A DNA stretch of 64,000 nt from Piromyces finnis finn (GCA_002104945.1 MCFH01000033.1:1-64000), one strand, 5' to 3'. Numbered from the stretch's first letter, positions 20,401 through 33,356 are shown. The notes: a model not told the origin generated them from the letters alone. Numbers and translations are program-made.

Positions 20401-21651
20401 TTGGAAGTTCTTAAAATTTGCCATGACTCACCCTCCGCTGGACACTTCGGATTAAAGAAAACTACTTCCTTTATTGTTCGTGACTTTTGGTGGCCTTATC
20501 TCTCAGTCGATGTCAAAGAATATGTTAGGTCTTGCGAAATATGTTGCCGATCAAAGGATTCTCGACACAAACCCTATGGATTTCTCTCCCCTTTGGAAAT
20601 TGCTGAACGTCCTTGGTCTTCCTTATCTATGGACTTTATTACGGATCTCCCACCTTCCCAAAAGTATACTTGCATTCTTGTAGTCACCGATAGATTAACT
20701 AAATTATGCCACTTCATTCCTTTTGAGAACATCCCTTCTGCCTCCGATACTGCTGATGCTTTCATGATCAACGTTTTTCGTCTCCATGGATTACCAAATG
20801 AAATTCTTTCGGATAGAGGTACTCAATTTACCTCTAAATTCTGGAATTCAATTTGTAAATCTTTTGATATAAACCTAAAATTTTCTTCTTCCTACCATCA
20901 CCAAACAAACGGGCTGACGGAGAGGGTAAACTCCGTTGTAGAACAATACCTAAGGTGTTACTCAAATTATAAAGGCTCTAACTGGTACAAGTTCTTACAT
21001 CTTGCTGAATTTAGTTACAATAATGCCGTTCAAGAATCTACCAAAACTTCACCATTTTTTGCTAACTATGGCTATAATCCAAAACATTCTCCAATTTTAC
21101 CAAGTCGTACCGAGATACCAACTGCGGATGAATTCACAAGAAATTTCAAAGAAATAATTAAAACTCTTAAAGATAACTTGAAGAAATCCATTAATCAACA
21201 AGAAAAATTCGCAAACAAACACAGAAGTAAAGCCCCTGAACTCAAGGTAAATGATAAAGTATGGATCAACAGTTCTTTAATAATGCGTAATGGTAATAAG
21301 AAGTTAAAACCTAGAAAACTTGGTCCGTACAAAATAATTGAAAAAATTTCTCCAGTTTCTTTCAAATTGGAGTTACCAAAAGAAATTCGCATTCATCCAG
21401 TCATCCACGTTTCAGAATTGGAACCCTACCATGAAGACAAGTTCAATAGAAAGCAACCGCCACCTCCGCCGGTTATTGTGGATAATAAGGAAGAATTTGA
21501 AGTCGAAGAGATATTGGATAAAAGAAGATATTATGGTAAAGTCCAATATCTAATTAAATGGAAAGGATACCCAATATCTGAAGCATCTTGGGAGCCAGAA
21601 ACAAATTTGAATTGTCCAGAACTACTTAAGGAATTCAACAAAAAGAAATGA
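17417..21651 (+). pseudogene. E3 gag-pol with chromodomain, split by a 1-nt deletion at about 19437-19440
   Basis: ORFs 17417-19474 and 19504-21651 join into an E2-like polyprotein if one A is added to GAAAA (KLEKCEFF in E2). May be a homopolymer sequencing error. Confidence 0.85.
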
Positions 21652-22791
21652 TTTCAACAGAAACTTTATTTTTAATTTATTTTTAATTTTAATTTAAAAA
21701 AAAAAAAAAATAACTTATAATTGAAATTTTTAGGTTTTAATAAAATATCCATTTTGAATATATTTTCTTCTCTTTATTTTACTAAAGAGAAAAAAAAACA
21801 TTTTTATATAAATTATAATTTAATTTCCTTTTTCTTTAGGCTATTTTGTTTATAAATAATTTACTATAATATATTACTTTAATATATTAAATAGTAAATT
21901 ACATAATATATATAATATATTATATTTTTAAACTATATCTAGAATACAATATTAAAAATATTAAAAAAAACACCTCTAAATCTGTGTAACTTTAAAAATT
22001 AATATAAGAAAATATAACTTCAATTAGTTTTAATTTATAAAAGAGTATTAACCAATACAATTCTTTTAACATAGTGGTTAGTTATTATTAAAATTACATT
22101 TAAAACAATTTACTAAAAGTATAAATAATCCTATTTATTAATAAATAGCTTTATATATGATTATATATGATTTATTAATATTAATGTTCTTATTTTATAT
22201 TTTAAAATAGTATCAATTTTATGTAAATTAATTTTATATTAAATATAAATTAAATATGTTTATAATATATATAAATCATTTTATGATTGTGGATATTTTA
22301 ATTATTAATTTATTATTATATAATATTATATGTTATATATATTTAAATTAAAATGAATATATTATAATATATTATAATGAAAAATTACTACAATATTACT
22401 AGAATATGTGAAACGTATGACACATGTGTTTTTATGTATTTGTATGTATTGTATTTGAATAGAATGTAGTAGTAGTTCTTTTATTAAAATAATAAAGAAA
22501 TATTATATGTTTTATTATATAATATATAAATGACTAAATTAGCAAGTACTACAATAATAATTAGTATTTTAATTCTGTTGTTATTATTGGACAAAATGTT
22601 GCAAACATTACAGAAAAAATAATAATAAGGATAATAACAAATACAAATTCATTTGTTACATTGGTTATAGTTAAAAAATTACCCCCTTTTTTTCTTTTTT
22701 AATTATAATATGTAATTATAATATTTTTAAAAAAATATATTATTTCTTTTTATATACTAATATTATAAATTTCATAAACTTAAACTAGTGT

Positions 22792-23802
22792 TTATGATGA
22801 TTCTTCACTTGATGAAGATTCATTTGATGAATCTTCATTTGATTCTATTGTTTCAGTAACTTCAACTTCTATAGTTTCATCAGTTTCAGTAGATTCTGGA
22901 TCTTCTGGAAGATCTGTAAATTCTGGTTCATAATCCGGTTCTTCCGGTTCTTTTGGTTCTTCTTTTGGACAGTTATCATTATAATAATTCCACTTTAAAT
23001 CATTAACTTTCATTAAATTTAATTCTTCAAATTTGCCTAAAACATAGCATTCTTTAGCAACAATGCTTGGATTTTTGTATAAAGATTGACACATATAGTC
23101 GCCAAAGCTATTACATTGTTCTTTAAATTCTTCAGTATTTTTAGAAGGTTCACCAAGAATACAATGTTCATAATATTCTAAATCGCTTTTACACTCTTCT
23201 TCAACTTCAGTATTTTCAGTATCACAAAATACACTATAATTTTCATATTTATCCATATATTCTCTGAAAAGATATTTCTTATCTTCACTATCAAATTTTC
23301 CGTAATAGTCACAAAATTCATCATATTTGGAAATATTATCATACTTATTATGACAATCCTTTTCGTTATAAATTTCACAAGTTTTTGAGTTTTCTTCAGC
23401 TGGATTGAAATTACCAGGGCAAGCTTTTTCAAATTCATTGAAATCATTTATACACATTTCAGTAATTTTTTCCTTGAAATCTTCTAAAACTTGGTTACAA
23501 AATTCATTGTTTTTATTAACCAAGTTTTCTATATCTTTACGTTGTTCAGGATTACATTTTCTAAAAGAATAACTTATATTATCAGAGGTGAATTCACAAT
23601 CTACTTTTAAAGTTTTGCATTTTTCTATTTTTTCTTGGTCACTAAGATCATTTGTAAAACCATATAAGCATTCCTTTTCACCTTCAATTTGCATTTCACA
23701 AGTTAGTTTATTGTGTACATTTTCTCTTTTATTTAAAGTGTTAGAGTAAACACCAATACAGTAATTACATAAAATAACTTCTAAAAGAGTTGATATTTTC
23801 AT
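22792..23802 (-). CDS. Secreted Cys-rich repeat protein with acidic Ser/Glu/Thr tail, unknown function
   Basis: 336-aa ORF with signal-peptide-like N-terminus, repeated C..C..C spacing and acidic C-terminus. Confidence 0.75.
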   Translation of the reverse strand: MKISTLLEVILCNYCIGVYSNTLNKRENVHNKLTCEMQIEGEKECLYGFTNDLSDQEKIEKCKTLKVDCEFTSDNISYSFRKCNPEQRKDIENLVNKNNEFCNQVLEDFKEKITEMCINDFNEFEKACPGNFNPAEENSKTCEIYNEKDCHNKYDNISKYDEFCDYYGKFDSEDKKYLFREYMDKYENYSVFCDTENTEVEEECKSDLEYYEHCILGEPSKNTEEFKEQCNSFGDYMCQSLYKNPSIVAKECYVLGKFEELNLMKVNDLKWNYYNDNCPKEEPKEPEEPDYEPEFTDLPEDPESTETDETIEVEVTETIESNEDSSNESSSSEESS

Positions 23803-25140
23803 TTTATTTTTTATTTTTATTTTTTTTTTTTTTTTAAAATTATACTTTATTCAATATTTTTATATGAAAATTTCAATATATTGAAATATATAATTAAACC
23901 ATATATATATTATTGATATATTAATTACAAAGATAAATTAAAAATAGAGATTATTATCTATTTCAACCAATAAATTGTAAAGTAATTAATTAATAAAACT
24001 TTATTATTATTTAATATTTTAACAATATTAAAATTATATTTATTAAAATTTACCTTATTTAATATTAAAAAAAAAATACTAAAGCAACAAACATTCCTAA
24101 TTAAATAAAATGTGATGTATATTCATATCAAGTAATGTAGCTTACATTATTTTATATATTATATACAGATACAGGTATATTATCTATTACTGTATTAAAT
24201 AAAATTATATATATTCTATTAGTTATAAAATATTAAATAAAAAAAAAGATTATTATTAAAAGAGTTGATATTTTCATTTTATTTTTTATTTTTATTTTTT
24301 TTTTTTTTTTAAAATTATACTTTATTCAATATTTTTATATGAAAATTTCAATATATTGAAATATATAATTAAACCATATATATATTATTGATATATTAAT
24401 TACAAAGATAAATTAAAAATAGAGATTATTATCTATTTCAACCAATAAATTGTAAAGTAATTAATTAATAAAACTTTATTATTATTTAATATTTTAACAA
24501 TATTAAAATTATATTTATTAAAATTTACCTTATTTAATATTAAAAAAAAATACTAAAGCAACATTATTTTATATATTATATACAGATACAGGTATATTAT
24601 CTATTACTGTATTAAATAAAATTATATATATTCTATTAGTTATAAAATATTAAATAAAAAAAAAGATTATTATTAAAAGAGTTGATATTTTCATTTTATT
24701 TTTTATTTTTATTTTTTTTTTTTTTTAAAATTATACTTTATTCAATATTTTTATATGAAAATTTCAATATATTGAAATATATAATTAAACCATATATATT
24801 ATTGATATATTAATTACAAAGATAAATTAAAAATAGAGATTATTATCTATTTCAACCAATAAATTGTAAAGTAATTAATTAATAAAACTTTATTATTATT
24901 TAATATTTTAACAATATTAAAATTATATTTATTAAAATTTACCTTATTTAATATTAAAAAAAAAATACTAAAGCAACAAACATTCCTAATTAAATAAAAT
25001 GTGATGTATATTCATATCAAGTAATGTAGCTTACATTATTTTATATATTATATACAGGTATATTATCTATTACTGTATTAAATAAAATTATATATATTCT
25101 ATTAGTTATAAAATATTAAATAAAAAAAAAGATTATTATT
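23783..25140 (-). repeat. Three tandem copies (475, 417, about 465 bp) of the promoter plus first 7 codons of the 22792-23802 gene
   Basis: AAAAGAGTTGATATTTTCAT recurs at 23783, 24258 and 24675 with the following sequence; copy 2 lacks about 58 bp. Confidence 0.92.
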
Positions 25141-26832
25141 ATCTCTATTTTTTTTTATTATTATAATAGTAAAACAAAAGGAATTACATAAAAAAAATCT
25201 TATTATTATAAATAATAGTTTTCATTATTTTTTATAAAATTATTAAAATGATTAATAGATTTTTCTTTTTTTCTTTTTTTAATTTTTTATATCAATAATA
25301 TATAATTTATTATTATATAAAGTTTATTAATAATAAATTAAGATATAAATATTATGAAATGAAAAATTTTTTTAAATTACAAAAGTGAATTAATACTATT
25401 GTGGTGATGTTTTAAATTCATTAATACAATATAAAATTACGATAATTTAATTACTGAACAAAAGGTTAAATAACAATGTTACCATTATCTAACAATGATA
25501 ATATTATTAAAAGTAATAATTTTATAAAAAAATATTTTAGAATATTATACAATTATAAATATCTTTTATTATAATGAAAAATAGGATTCATATATAAAAT
25601 ATATTGATAATTTCTATATTTTATTTTAAACATTTTTTCATATTTTTATAGTATCAAAATATATCTTCTTATCATTTATTATAAAATTTTCTAAAATAAA
25701 AAAGCCTTTAATAATACTATCTATTTTCATGTTTATAAACTTTTTTTTATATTATTAATTGACCCATGAATAATACCAGTATTGTATGGATCATACATTT
25801 ACATTATTTTTACATTACGATCAATGTACTTACAATCACAATTACATTCGTATTGCTTTTTTAAAAGGTATTCTCTTTATATTATACATATTATACATTA
25901 ATGAAAAATTTGTTGTTATTCATAATGTTAATTCTTTCATAAATTGAAAAATAAAAATATTATTATTAATTATTATTTCATGTTTTTCTGTTGTTAGAAA
26001 AGAATTTTTCATATGCATAAACCTATTTAACTTATAATTTATCATATTAAAATAATTTGGCATTATATACCTTGAACTTTACTTTTCAACATATATAATC
26101 ATTAAAATTATTTTTATAATTTAATTATATAAAACAAATAATACTTCCATCTATTATTCATAAAAAAAACTTTATTAAAAATCAATATAAATACAGTACA
26201 ATAAATGATTTGGAGGTTTTATTATTAAAAATACAAAAATAGTTAAATCATTTATAAGTATTAATAGTATATTTAACAAAGGATTAGTAATACTCAATTA
26301 ATATACTTATTATAATTATCTGAAAATCTCAATAATATAATCAATCATTATTATAATCTGTTATAACATAAATATTATTTTTAAGATAACTAATAGTTAT
26401 TAATAATACACATTATTTTATTACTAATTCTCTAAGTATTAATAAATTAAAAATAATAAAAATAATATGTATATTATACCTTTTTTTTATATGTTTTAAT
26501 TCTATAATATTTATGTTATATTTAAACACTTTTTTTTACATTGTCATTTACATAACATGAAGTATATATATTTCACACATAATTTACATAATTTATTTGT
26601 ATATAAATAGTTATTTTTTTAACATTATAAAAGCATTTATTTTTACAAATTAAAAGTTTTTATACTAAATTTATAAATATAACTGTTGTATATATTTAAC
26701 CATAAAAAATATATAATTAATTGCTAAATTAGATAGTAACAAGCATCAAAATTTTAATTTCTAACCATAAAATTAATAATAAAGTATTAATCTAAATCAT
26801 ATAGCATTATACATCTAATACACAATTTCTTT

Positions 26833-27430
26833 TTTCAAAATTAATAATAAATAAAAATAAACAATACTTCAAATTAATACCATTTTATAAAGTACACTTT
26901 ATGAATTTTGTAAATACCATTTATTTTACTTTAAATAACTTTATGAATCTTGTAAATACCATTTATTTTACTTTTCAAAATTAATAATAAATAAAAATAA
27001 ACAATACTTCAAATTAATACCATTTTATAAAGTACACTTTATGAATTTTGTAAATACCATTTATTTTACTTTAAATAACTTTATGAATCTTGTAAATACC
27101 ATTTATTTTACTTTAAATAACTTTATGAATCTTGTAAATACCATTTATTTTACTTTAAATAACTTTATGAATTTTGTAAATACCATTTATTTTACTTTAA
27201 ATAACTTTATGAATCTTGTAAATACCATTTATTTTACTTTAAATAACTTTATGAATCTTGTAAATACCATTTATTTTACTTTAAATAACTTTATGAATCT
27301 TGTAAATACCATTTATTTTACTTTAAATAACTTTATGAATCTTGTAAATACCATTTATTTTACTTTAAATAACTTTATGAATCTTGTAAATACCATTTAT
27401 TTTACTTTAAATAACTTCATGAATCTTGTC
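26833..27430 (+). repeat. 42-bp minisatellite (about 9.3 copies at 27041-27430) preceded by a duplicated ~140-bp block
   Basis: Unit ATGAATCTTGTAAATACCATTTATTTTACTTTAAATAACTTT; block starts at 26833 and 26973. Confidence 0.93.
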
Positions 27431-28153
27431 AATTAATAAGGATAAATGAATATTTTAATATTTATAGATATTACTATAAAAAATAAAAAATTTATATTTT
27501 TAATGATTAATAAAAAAAAATTGATCATCACTAAAAATTAATATAAATTTTATTAAAAATAATTTTATATTTAATTAATTTTTTAATATTTCATTAAATT
27601 AAAAATTTAAATTTATTGTCGATCATTATGTTGTGTAATCTTAAAATAGATTGGTTTATAATATTGAGTATTATTTTCTATAATAACATTATATTATTCT
27701 ATTATATTGTATATATAAAGAATAAATATATTGTATTACATTTTATATACAATATATTTATTAATATTTATTCTTTAATTTCTTCAAATAGGTTTTATCA
27801 TATTCTTTAATATTATTTTAATTTAATAAGTATTTATTCTACTCTATTTTCTATATTAAAAAATAAAAAATTAATAAAACAAAAAAAAAAAAAAAAAAAA
27901 AAGCGGAATAAAAATTTACTAAAAATATAAAAATGCGGCATGAAATAAATGTATATATAAAGATTTTATTTTTCTTTCTTTTTATATTTATATTTTTTTT
28001 TTTTAAAAAAAAAGGAAAGATACCTTTTAATATTGTAATATATAAAAGAACAATTAAATTTTGTAAATTACTTGAAATTTGTAACATAATATATAATTTT
28101 ATTTTTCAAAAAACCTATCTATCTTTTTTTTTTTTTCACTATTATTAAATAAA

Positions 28154-30036
28154 ATGAAATTTAACAAATTATTATTATCATTCTTTGCTTCCGTTGCATT
28201 AGCTTTACCAAGTAAGAAAGTTATACATTTAACATTTCAAGAAAAACAAAATATATTATAAAAAATATAAATGAATATTTAAACTTGAATATATATTTAT
28301 ATAATAAAAAAATAAATATTAATAAAAATTTTTTATTTTTTTTTTTTTTAAAAATAATATTTACATTAAATATAAAACAAACAACAAAACGACAAAAAAA
28401 AAAAAAAATATATATATATATAAACTATTATTTAAATAAAGTTAAAGATAAAGATGGAAGATATTATGTTAAACGTGGTAATAAACAATTTTATATTCCA
28501 AATGAATTAAGAAGTAACAATTTCGATAATAATGCTAGTAATTGGTCATTTGCTCGTAGTAAAGCTTCTGAAGATTTCATTCTTTTCTGGGAACCAGGAT
28601 TTGGAACAAATCCACAAGCTGCACCAGCTAATTTAAGATTTGATGTTGATGATGTTTTAGCTAAAGCTGAAAAATTCTTTGATTATTATAAAAATACCTT
28701 AAAATTTATTGAAGGAAAATCTCAAACTGAAACATACAAAATGAGTATATGGATTAAATATCAAACAGAATGGTTAGCCACTGGTTCTGGTTATGATAAT
28801 GTTGTTGGTGCCCTTTGGGTTAACCCAAGTACCATTCAACCAGTTGGTGGTACTATTGCTCATGAAATTGGACATACTTTCCAATACCAAGTTCATTGTG
28901 ATGGTAAGTACGGTTTCCGTGATCAAGATTATGTTGGTACTTATTGGGAAGTTTGTGCCCAATGGATGGCTTCTAGATTATATCCAGAAATGTTTTCTAA
29001 TACTGAATTTGAATTAGTTCCAAACAATTGTTGGAAACATCCATTACACGAAAACTTCCGTTACCAATCTATTCTTATGAATGAATACTGGAGTGAAAAG
29101 CATGGTATTGATATTATTGGTAGAATATGGAATGGTGCCGCTAACTTAGATGATCCATTTGATGCCTATAAGCGTGTAACTAAAATTGACCAAGCTGCTC
29201 TTAATGATGAAATGTTTTTAGTTGCCCAAAAGAATATTCTTTTTGATTACAAACATATGGGAAATGTTCTCAAACCATTCAGAAATCGTTACAATATTAA
29301 ACTTCAAACAAACAATGATGGAACTTATCAAATTCCACCTGAACAATGTACTCAAACTTATGGTTATGCTCCAATTCCACTTGAAATTCCAGCTGGTGGT
29401 AAGGTTACTGTCAAATTTACTGGTATAACAGGCAATCCTGCCTACCATACTATGCAAGATAGAGTTGCTGGATGGAGATACGGTTTTGTTGCTGTTACTG
29501 GAAATGGTGACACTGCTGAATATAGTAAAGCCTTTGTAGGAACTACCCAAACTAGTTCTGCTACTTTCACTGTTCCAAATGGTACAAAGAACTTATGGTT
29601 TATTGCCATGGGTGCACCAACCGAACATGTAAGACATCATTGGAAGGAAGGAGATAACTCTGGTGATGAACACTTCCCATGGAAGGCAGCTTTCTCTACC
29701 TGTATAAGAGGTCAAGCTTGTAATCCATCTATTCAAGTTGACAATAATGCTGAATCTGCTCCAAATGTTAACCCAGCCCCAGTTGCTAATCCAGCCCCAG
29801 TTGCTAATCCAGCTCCAGTTGCTAATCCAGCTCCAGTTGCTAATCCAGCTCCAGTTGCTAATCCAGCTCCAGTTGCTAATCCAGCTCCAGTTGCCAATCC
29901 AGCTCCAGTAACCAATACTATTCCAAGTTATAATTCAAATACCTTCCCATCCTTTTCTAATCCATTCGGAAATTTCGATTTTTCAAATTTCGATTTTTCA
30001 AGATTTAGAGGATCTTTTCCATTTTTTTTTAAATAA
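28154..30036 (+). CDS. Secreted zinc metallopeptidase-like protein (HExxH, DUF6055-like) with (PAPVAN)n tail; exons 28154-28211 and about 28442-30036
   Basis: MKFNKLLLSFFASVALALP signal exon with GTAAG donor and phase-compatible AG acceptors at 28441/28447/28453; motifs FILFWEPGFG and TIAHEIGHTFQY; 18-bp repeat at about 29770-29910. Confidence 0.8.
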
Positions 30037-30920
30037 GGAAAAATATAATCATTGATTAATAAATTATTTATCCTATAAGCATACAATTTTATAGGATTGT
30101 AATAAAATACCATATTTATAGATCTATTTTTTTTAACTAATTTGTATTTATTAATTTATGTAATAAAATTTATACTAAGAATAATATTTAAATGTATTTA
30201 TCCTCTATTTATAATATACTTTTAATAAATTTTTTGATCCTATAATTAATAATAAATAATGTCTAACTATATGAATTTCTTTTATATAATAATTTTTTTT
30301 TAATTCTCCCTCCTTTTACATATAAATTGATAAATTGTCATGAAAAAAAAAAAGTAATGTTTTGTTTACTTGTTATGAGATAAAAATATATATATATATA
30401 TATTATTTTTTTTTTATGTAATTTTTTCTGTTATTCCTACATGCTTATATATTTAATGCTTTATTTTTCTTTAATCCAAAGAATATGACTATATTTTTTT
30501 TTTACCCAAATTAATTCATTCAAAACAATAACCATTCAACAATAAAGGAAAAAAAAAAATGAATATTTTAAATAATTTTAAATTTATTAAATAAATATTT
30601 ATATTTTTAATATATACAAATAAAATTTAAACCTTTTTTTTTTTTGTATTAAGTTATATTATTTCTTTTTTTATTTTTATTTTTATTTTTTTTTTTAAAA
30701 AAAAGGATATTTCCCCCTTTCCTTTCTTCTATTTTATTTTTTCTATTTTATTTTTATTTATATAATTTTTATTTTTGAAAGTTTATTCTTTCATTTTCTA
30801 TGTTTATTTCTATTTTAATATTTAAATTTTATACCTTGGTTTTCTCATTTTCTTCTTTATCATCTATTACAAAATATAAAATTAAAATATTAATATTTTT
30901 TTTTTAAATTTTTCTTTTTT

Positions 30921-33356
30921 TTAAATTTCGTCATCTGGGTATACTGGTTCTTCATAATCAACTTTAGCTTCAAGTGTTCTGATATGATCACCGTAAATAA
31001 CAGAATAGGTTTCACCTTCAATAATCTTTGGAGAGGTAACAAGAACTTCAGTGAATTTAGTTCTTGGCTTGTAGGTATGAATAATTTCACCCTTGCTATC
31101 CTTAACAACAATTTCATCACCAATTTCTTTTTCATAATTAAAAAGAGTACGTAAGTATGGTTGCTTAATGTATGAATTATCTTCTGGTTTCTTTTGAATT
31201 TCTTGTTGTTCAAGAGAAACAGTTTCCTCTTTTGGTTGTTCTTCTGGAACTGGACCGGCTGGAATTGGACCTTCTGGAATTGGACCTTCTGGAATTGGAC
31301 CTTCTGGAATTGGACCTTCTGGAGCTGGACCGGCTGGACCACCACCATTAAACATCTTAAGTAATTCTTCGAGTTCTTCATCAGTTTTATCCTTGAACAT
31401 TTTCTTAATATCTTTAATAGTCATTTCTCTTGGTGGCTTTGGGGTATCTAAGCCAGCAGCAGCAACAATGACTGTTGCACCATTATCAATAGTGTTTGAA
31501 CCATCAGAATCTAAAGCACACATGTTACCAAAGATATCACCTTCAGCATTATCAATGTAAATTTGAGCATTACCACCGATGTAAAGAGAACCGTTAGCAT
31601 CAAGACCATCAGTGTTAAAACCATCTACGTAAAGACGAAGTTTACCACCAGTGACTCTGATGTAAACTTGTTTATCATTCTTACGAGATTTAACTGGTGG
31701 ACCCTTTGGATCTTTGAATGGATCGTTTATAATCGGAATACCAGTTGGAACTGGTCTAATATATCCAGTATATTCTTCGGTTTGGGTTGGTTCTTCTTCA
31801 ACAGCAATAGTTGTAGCGTAATATTCAGTAACAGTAATTTCTTCTTCAGTTACAGTTGGTCTAGTATCTTCAGTAGAATCTTCAGTTACAGTTGGTCTAA
31901 TATCTTCAGTAGAATCTTCAGTTGCAGTTGGTTCTTCCCCAGCAGTAACAGTTACAGTGTAGTATTCAATAACATATACAGGTTTACAATAACCAGCATT
32001 TATTAAAATTTCTTCATCAGAATACGCTTCATCATAAGGCAATTCTTCATCAGAATACGCTTCATCATTAGACTCATTAGGTATTTCTTCATTAGAATAC
32101 GCTTCATCATTAGACTCATTAGGCATTTCTTCATCAGAATACGCTTCATCATTAGACTCATTAGGCATTTCTTCATCATTAGATTCAAGAAGAAGTTCAG
32201 AGTCTGGATTTTTTTCATCATCTACATCACTATCCATTTCATCTTCTAAATAGATTTTTTCATTAGATCCAATAGGACGATTAATATAGGTAGTTTCTTC
32301 ATCCGAATCTACTGAATAATCAAAATATGTATATTCTTCATCAGAATAAATTCCTTCAAAATAGGTTTTATTGTTATTGATATCGGCATTACTGTCAACC
32401 TTTTTTTTTCCACCAGTTGGAATTTTAGAAGCATTAATACCATCATCTGTAGTTTCAAGAACAATATCTCCATCTGTAATATCAATCATTTGACCTTCAA
32501 TACCTTCGGCACATTCCTTAACTTCAATGTAACCACCATTGATAGATAAGTGAGTTTCTGCATGAATACCATCATTGTCACATTTGACAACTACCTTACC
32601 ACCATCAATAACAATGAATCCCTTTTCTGGATCATCATCCTTGGTGACCTTAATACCAGAGTTTCCGGCTTTAACATTAATATCGGCTTCCTTAATAGAA
32701 ATAGAATTCTTAGCCTTAATACCTTTTCCCTTGGCATTAACATCTATCTTACCAGACACAAACTTGATAGCTTTCTTAGATCTGATGGCTTCATCGAATT
32801 TACCATCAACAGAAAGTGAACCCTTACCATTGAAAGTAAGATTGTCATTGACATATATACAAGCATTTGGTGACTTGGTTTCGTCTTCAGCAGCATCTTC
32901 AGAAACAGCAACTGCTGGGTAATTGGTTGAATCATTGAAAACGTTTTCACCTTCAGTGGTAATAATAATTTTCTTTGCCTTTTCACCGTAAAAGGCTGGT
33001 CCATTATCACTACTGATAGTAGCGTTTCTTAAGACAAGGTGAACAAAATCATTCTTTTTAGCCTTGACATTAAGTTGACCCTTTAAATCACCATCGAAGA
33101 TATAAGTACCAGCATTAGTAATGGTAACCTTTCCTTCTTCGACTAAAACACTTGAACCAGTTGAAATACAAGAATTTCCGTTACAGTGAATTCCAATACT
33201 CTTTTCGTCATATAATTCTTCTAAATCAATAGAATCATATTTACCAGAGATTGGACCTGGAGTTAAAATAAGTTCTTCTCCTTGATTTTCAGCATTTACT
33301 GAATTGAATAAGAATATAGTTAATAAAGTATTTATTAATTGTTTGTTGAATTTCAT
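30921..33356 (-). CDS. Secreted carbohydrate-binding beta-helix protein (DUF4353 / Cthe_2159-like), intact copy A
   Basis: Signal peptide; KVTITNAGTYIFDG, VHLVLRNATI, NDNLTFNGKGSL, DDGIHA, EGIEG, DDGINA, DGLDANG motifs; long acidic insert. Confidence 0.85.
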   Translation of the reverse strand: MKFNKQLINTLLTIFLFNSVNAENQGEELILTPGPISGKYDSIDLEELYDEKSIGIHCNGNSCISTGSSVLVEEGKVTITNAGTYIFDGDLKGQLNVKAKKNDFVHLVLRNATISSDNGPAFYGEKAKKIIITTEGENVFNDSTNYPAVAVSEDAAEDETKSPNACIYVNDNLTFNGKGSLSVDGKFDEAIRSKKAIKFVSGKIDVNAKGKGIKAKNSISIKEADINVKAGNSGIKVTKDDDPEKGFIVIDGGKVVVKCDNDGIHAETHLSINGGYIEVKECAEGIEGQMIDITDGDIVLETTDDGINASKIPTGGKKKVDSNADINNNKTYFEGIYSDEEYTYFDYSVDSDEETTYINRPIGSNEKIYLEDEMDSDVDDEKNPDSELLLESNDEEMPNESNDEAYSDEEMPNESNDEAYSNEEIPNESNDEAYSDEELPYDEAYSDEEILINAGYCKPVYVIEYYTVTVTAGEEPTATEDSTEDIRPTVTEDSTEDTRPTVTEEEITVTEYYATTIAVEEEPTQTEEYTGYIRPVPTGIPIINDPFKDPKGPPVKSRKNDKQVYIRVTGGKLRLYVDGFNTDGLDANGSLYIGGNAQIYIDNAEGDIFGNMCALDSDGSNTIDNGATVIVAAAGLDTPKPPREMTIKDIKKMFKDKTDEELEELLKMFNGGGPAGPAPEGPIPEGPIPEGPIPEGPIPAGPVPEEQPKEETVSLEQQEIQKKPEDNSYIKQPYLRTLFNYEKEIGDEIVVKDSKGEIIHTYKPRTKFTEVLVTSPKIIEGETYSVIYGDHIRTLEAKVDYEEPVYPDDEI

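Larger units (their letters stand above)
3269..21651 (+). mobile_element. E3: Ty3/gypsy chromovirus, outermost element of the nest; 5' LTR split by E1; no 3' LTR found
   Basis: TGTAACGAAT at 3269-3278 joins 16495 onward to rebuild an LTR homologous to E2's LTR, ending ...GCGTTACA at 17044. gag-pol with chromodomain lies at 17417-21651. Confidence 0.88.

Noticed and set aside
5785-21553. Numerous short antisense or overlapping ORFs inside the retrotransposons (and similar ones inside later genes)
   Set aside because: Shadow frames of long coding sequences with no independent motifs.
27041-27436. 131-aa protein-coding gene
   Set aside because: The ORF is purely the translation of a minisatellite; no signal, flanking exon or codon-bias support.
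28285-28441. ORF-track N-terminus (MNIYLYNKK...) of the zincin
   Set aside because: It lies in the predicted intron; the real start is ATG 28154.
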